This document shows positions 61,600 to 64,000 of a stretch of DNA of 64,000 nucleotides, piece after piece; within the stretch, counting starts at the first letter, position 1; each line of letters begins with the position of its first letter. Position numbers and translations under genes: made by a program. Below the pieces are notes generated by a model that saw only the letters and a program-made list of their open reading frames with translations, ran no database searches and was not told the origin of the DNA. The DNA is from Paecilomyces variotii (lineage: Eukaryota), in NCBI GenBank assembly GCA_004022145.1, contig RCNU01000014.1, one strand, 5' to 3'.

Positions 61600-64000
61600 T
61601 ATCGCCCTTTATGTATATAAGAACACTGTTTCGGTATGTTTCTCTTAGGGTACTGCTGTACTGTGGCATGGAGATTTTGCTGTATTAGTATTATTTTGAA
61701 TGTTGGACACTGCGCAGCGGCAGTAAGCTCCTCTTAATATAAGTGAGCATGATGTTAGCAGGGGGTATCAGACTCGGGTCTGACACAACAATATCGCTGT
61801 AACAGACCATTGTGAAGTTGTGAAAATGCTCGCTTGTGATTGCAATTGTTATAAGGAAATAAAGAGAAATAATAGAAACAATAGATTTACTGCCTATAAA
61901 AAGAAGTAATAGGCACGTGAAAGGAATCATGTGGTGAAGCTCACAGCCTTATATAACTTCACGCCTTGAGCTAGCGCGCTAGGAGGAGTATAAGCACGTC
62001 GGGGTTGAAGACCTGGGGCCTCAGCAGATAACTAGTGCTTGGGTACAAGAAGCTGCTGGCTTGACGCCGCAGCAGGTGTAGAAAATATTCGCTAATAAAA
62101 TTAGTTAAATGCTATTATATATAATTGAGAAAACATACCTCGAATTGAGTCCGCTGAACGTTTCCCTGAATGGAAGACTTGCTGTATATAGATTGCAAGA
62201 GCGGCCAGGGTAAAAGACTGTGCGTTTGTGGCTGCATCTTCTGGGGAGACTCGGCCCAATGTAAACACCACGCCTCTAGGTTTTCACTAACAGTATCGGT
62301 TCTGGCATGCTTTATCCATTTGACGAGCCCTGTCCGCTGGTCCCACGCAACCACAGATCTTTATCAGCATATAACCGGGGCCTCGTGTCTGACCAGCCTG
62401 CCTCGAGCACAATGAGTGGGATTTGCCTGCCAATAGGCATAATTTCCAGATCGGGCTCCTTGGTAGAGCCAGCATAAACGCCAGTAGAGTTAGTAAGTCC
62501 TGATATGAAATGTTAGCTAAGAGTATACTACAGATAATCCATGACATAACTCACTGTCTCCCACAGCAGTGACAAGTGTTGCACTTTCTTTGGCCGTAAG
62601 AAGTACCTGGACATAAGCCGCGTAGAGGCATAAATTGATCCATACCTGTGGGGTATTATGTATAGAGATTGGCATTCATTAGGACAAATGATAAGTGGCG
62701 CGAGGGAGAATAATAACCATATCTTAGAGATCGTTTCTCGAACAGGCGGTCGATTTCATTGGAAACTTCAGACGTAGTGTCTGCGGTGATGTCTTCAAAT
62801 TGCACTATTATCTAGTAACAGAATCAGGCGATTCAAAATTGTATGTGTCTCAGTGGGATATCTTTCGCGCATTATAAACTAATAGTGAAGTTGTATTAAG
62901 CTGCACGAAGATAATATAGGAGTCTCCAGGATTGCAGAAGTAGTGTAATACTTTTATGCGGTATATGGTCTTCGAGGCAGCGTATGCAAAAGGTTAATGA
63001 CCGAACACTGAATATAATCAGTGGCATCGTTGGTTAAGAGAAATGACTAATTCAATGTCGAATAAGTATAATAGATCTTGATGAAACTGGGGATTATAAC
63101 TGATAGTCTTGATGCAGTTCAATAATAGGAAAAATCCAAATAAGTGTGGTTTCATGGGTAGGCAGCACAATACCACTAAGGATGACTTAATCAACGACAG
63201 CAGCTCTTGTAGTTATTTCAAGTCAGATCCATAGGGACTCTGAATCTAGACTTGATAGGATTGAATATGATAGGGGAAAAAAGGTACTGGTGGCATATAA
63301 CGAAGAACTTTAAGCTGGAGAGGGGAAAGGGGAAGGATTTCGAGAAAGTTTTGGGGTAGTTTATGTTCTGCCGGCAAATCTATCCCTCCAGTTCCTCTTT
63401 TAGCAATGGACTTGTGCCACATGTTGTATTGGATCTGTTCTAAAGGGGTGAACGAGACGGTCAGACGGATACTATGGGCCGGTGGAATTGTGTCACCGAT
63501 CACCTGCCCGACATGAAAAGGGATGCGAGATGTCAGAACAGTTGTGGGCGCCCGGCAAAAACACCTAGGCTATATGTACAGGCAGGAAAGGAAAGAAACC
63601 ACTTTCAGACGTCTATAATGAAGATATAGTCTCTAGCAACTAGCTCAGCCTATTTATCTCTGTGGGTGGGGGTAGAAAATGTGGGAGAAACCCGACAAGA
63701 GGGAGGCCTGCATGTAGGCAGGCTCCGACATATACTACTAAATTAATGGGGCAAGCCCCTGGTCTACTAGTCAGATATAAGAGGTGGAAGAAGCTCGAAT
63801 GCCTATTCACTAGGAGCGGTAGCTGAGTACTTTTGCTAGGTAAGGTAGAACCCGGCCGTTGAGACCATTAACTAACGCAGGAACTACCCCTCCATCCGAC
63901 CTAGCATCTCAAACCTCCATAGTCACCAAATATGGGTATCGTATTAGCTCAGGGCATATGGTGCTAGAATAGGTAATCAGAATAGAGGGCGGCTAAAGAT
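61600..64000. other. Gene-poor, TA-rich degenerate region with coding relics (possible SNF2-helicase-like fragment)
   Basis: No intact long ORF; fragment IGDTIPPAHSIRLTVSFTPLEQIQY (63246-63503, minus strand); many TAG/TAA stops. Confidence 0.35.

Noticed and set aside
62040-62105. EAAGLTPQQV*KIFANK homeodomain-like fragment
   Set aside because: Lacks the invariant WF and the rest of the domain; lies in degenerate DNA
1-64000. tRNA or rRNA genes
   Set aside because: No cloverleaf with A/B boxes or 5S-like sequence recognised by eye; tRNAscan-SE/Infernal would be needed to exclude them

Overview
Eukaryotic, intron-rich fungal DNA. Gene content and the PP2A N-terminus point to Eurotiales (Aspergillus/Penicillium/Paecilomyces-like); this is an inference. 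About 24 genes can be built by hand from GT..AG introns. Conserved housekeeping genes are a HAD hydrolase/TTC1 pair, IscU, PP2A catalytic subunit, PI31, App1 and UV-damage endonuclease. They bracket an accessory/catabolic stretch (~3.6-39 kb) with an HNH nuclease, two carboxylesterases, a DUR3-like urea transporter broken by one 7-bp duplication, an MFS transporter, and a large F-box gene head-to-head with a small intronless REase-fold gene. The best candidate for an undescribed system is a four-gene aromatic-catabolism module: homogentisate dioxygenase paralog + Zn2Cys6 regulator + P450 with an atypical I-helix + adjacent P450 reductase, with shared SCGGGGAG promoter motifs. Also seen: three SreA-type boxes before a divergent IscU, an AA11 LPMO, a RIP-like transposon end at ~35 kb and decayed transposon-like DNA after ~60.3 kb. 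All family calls come from motif recognition by eye; no searches were run.
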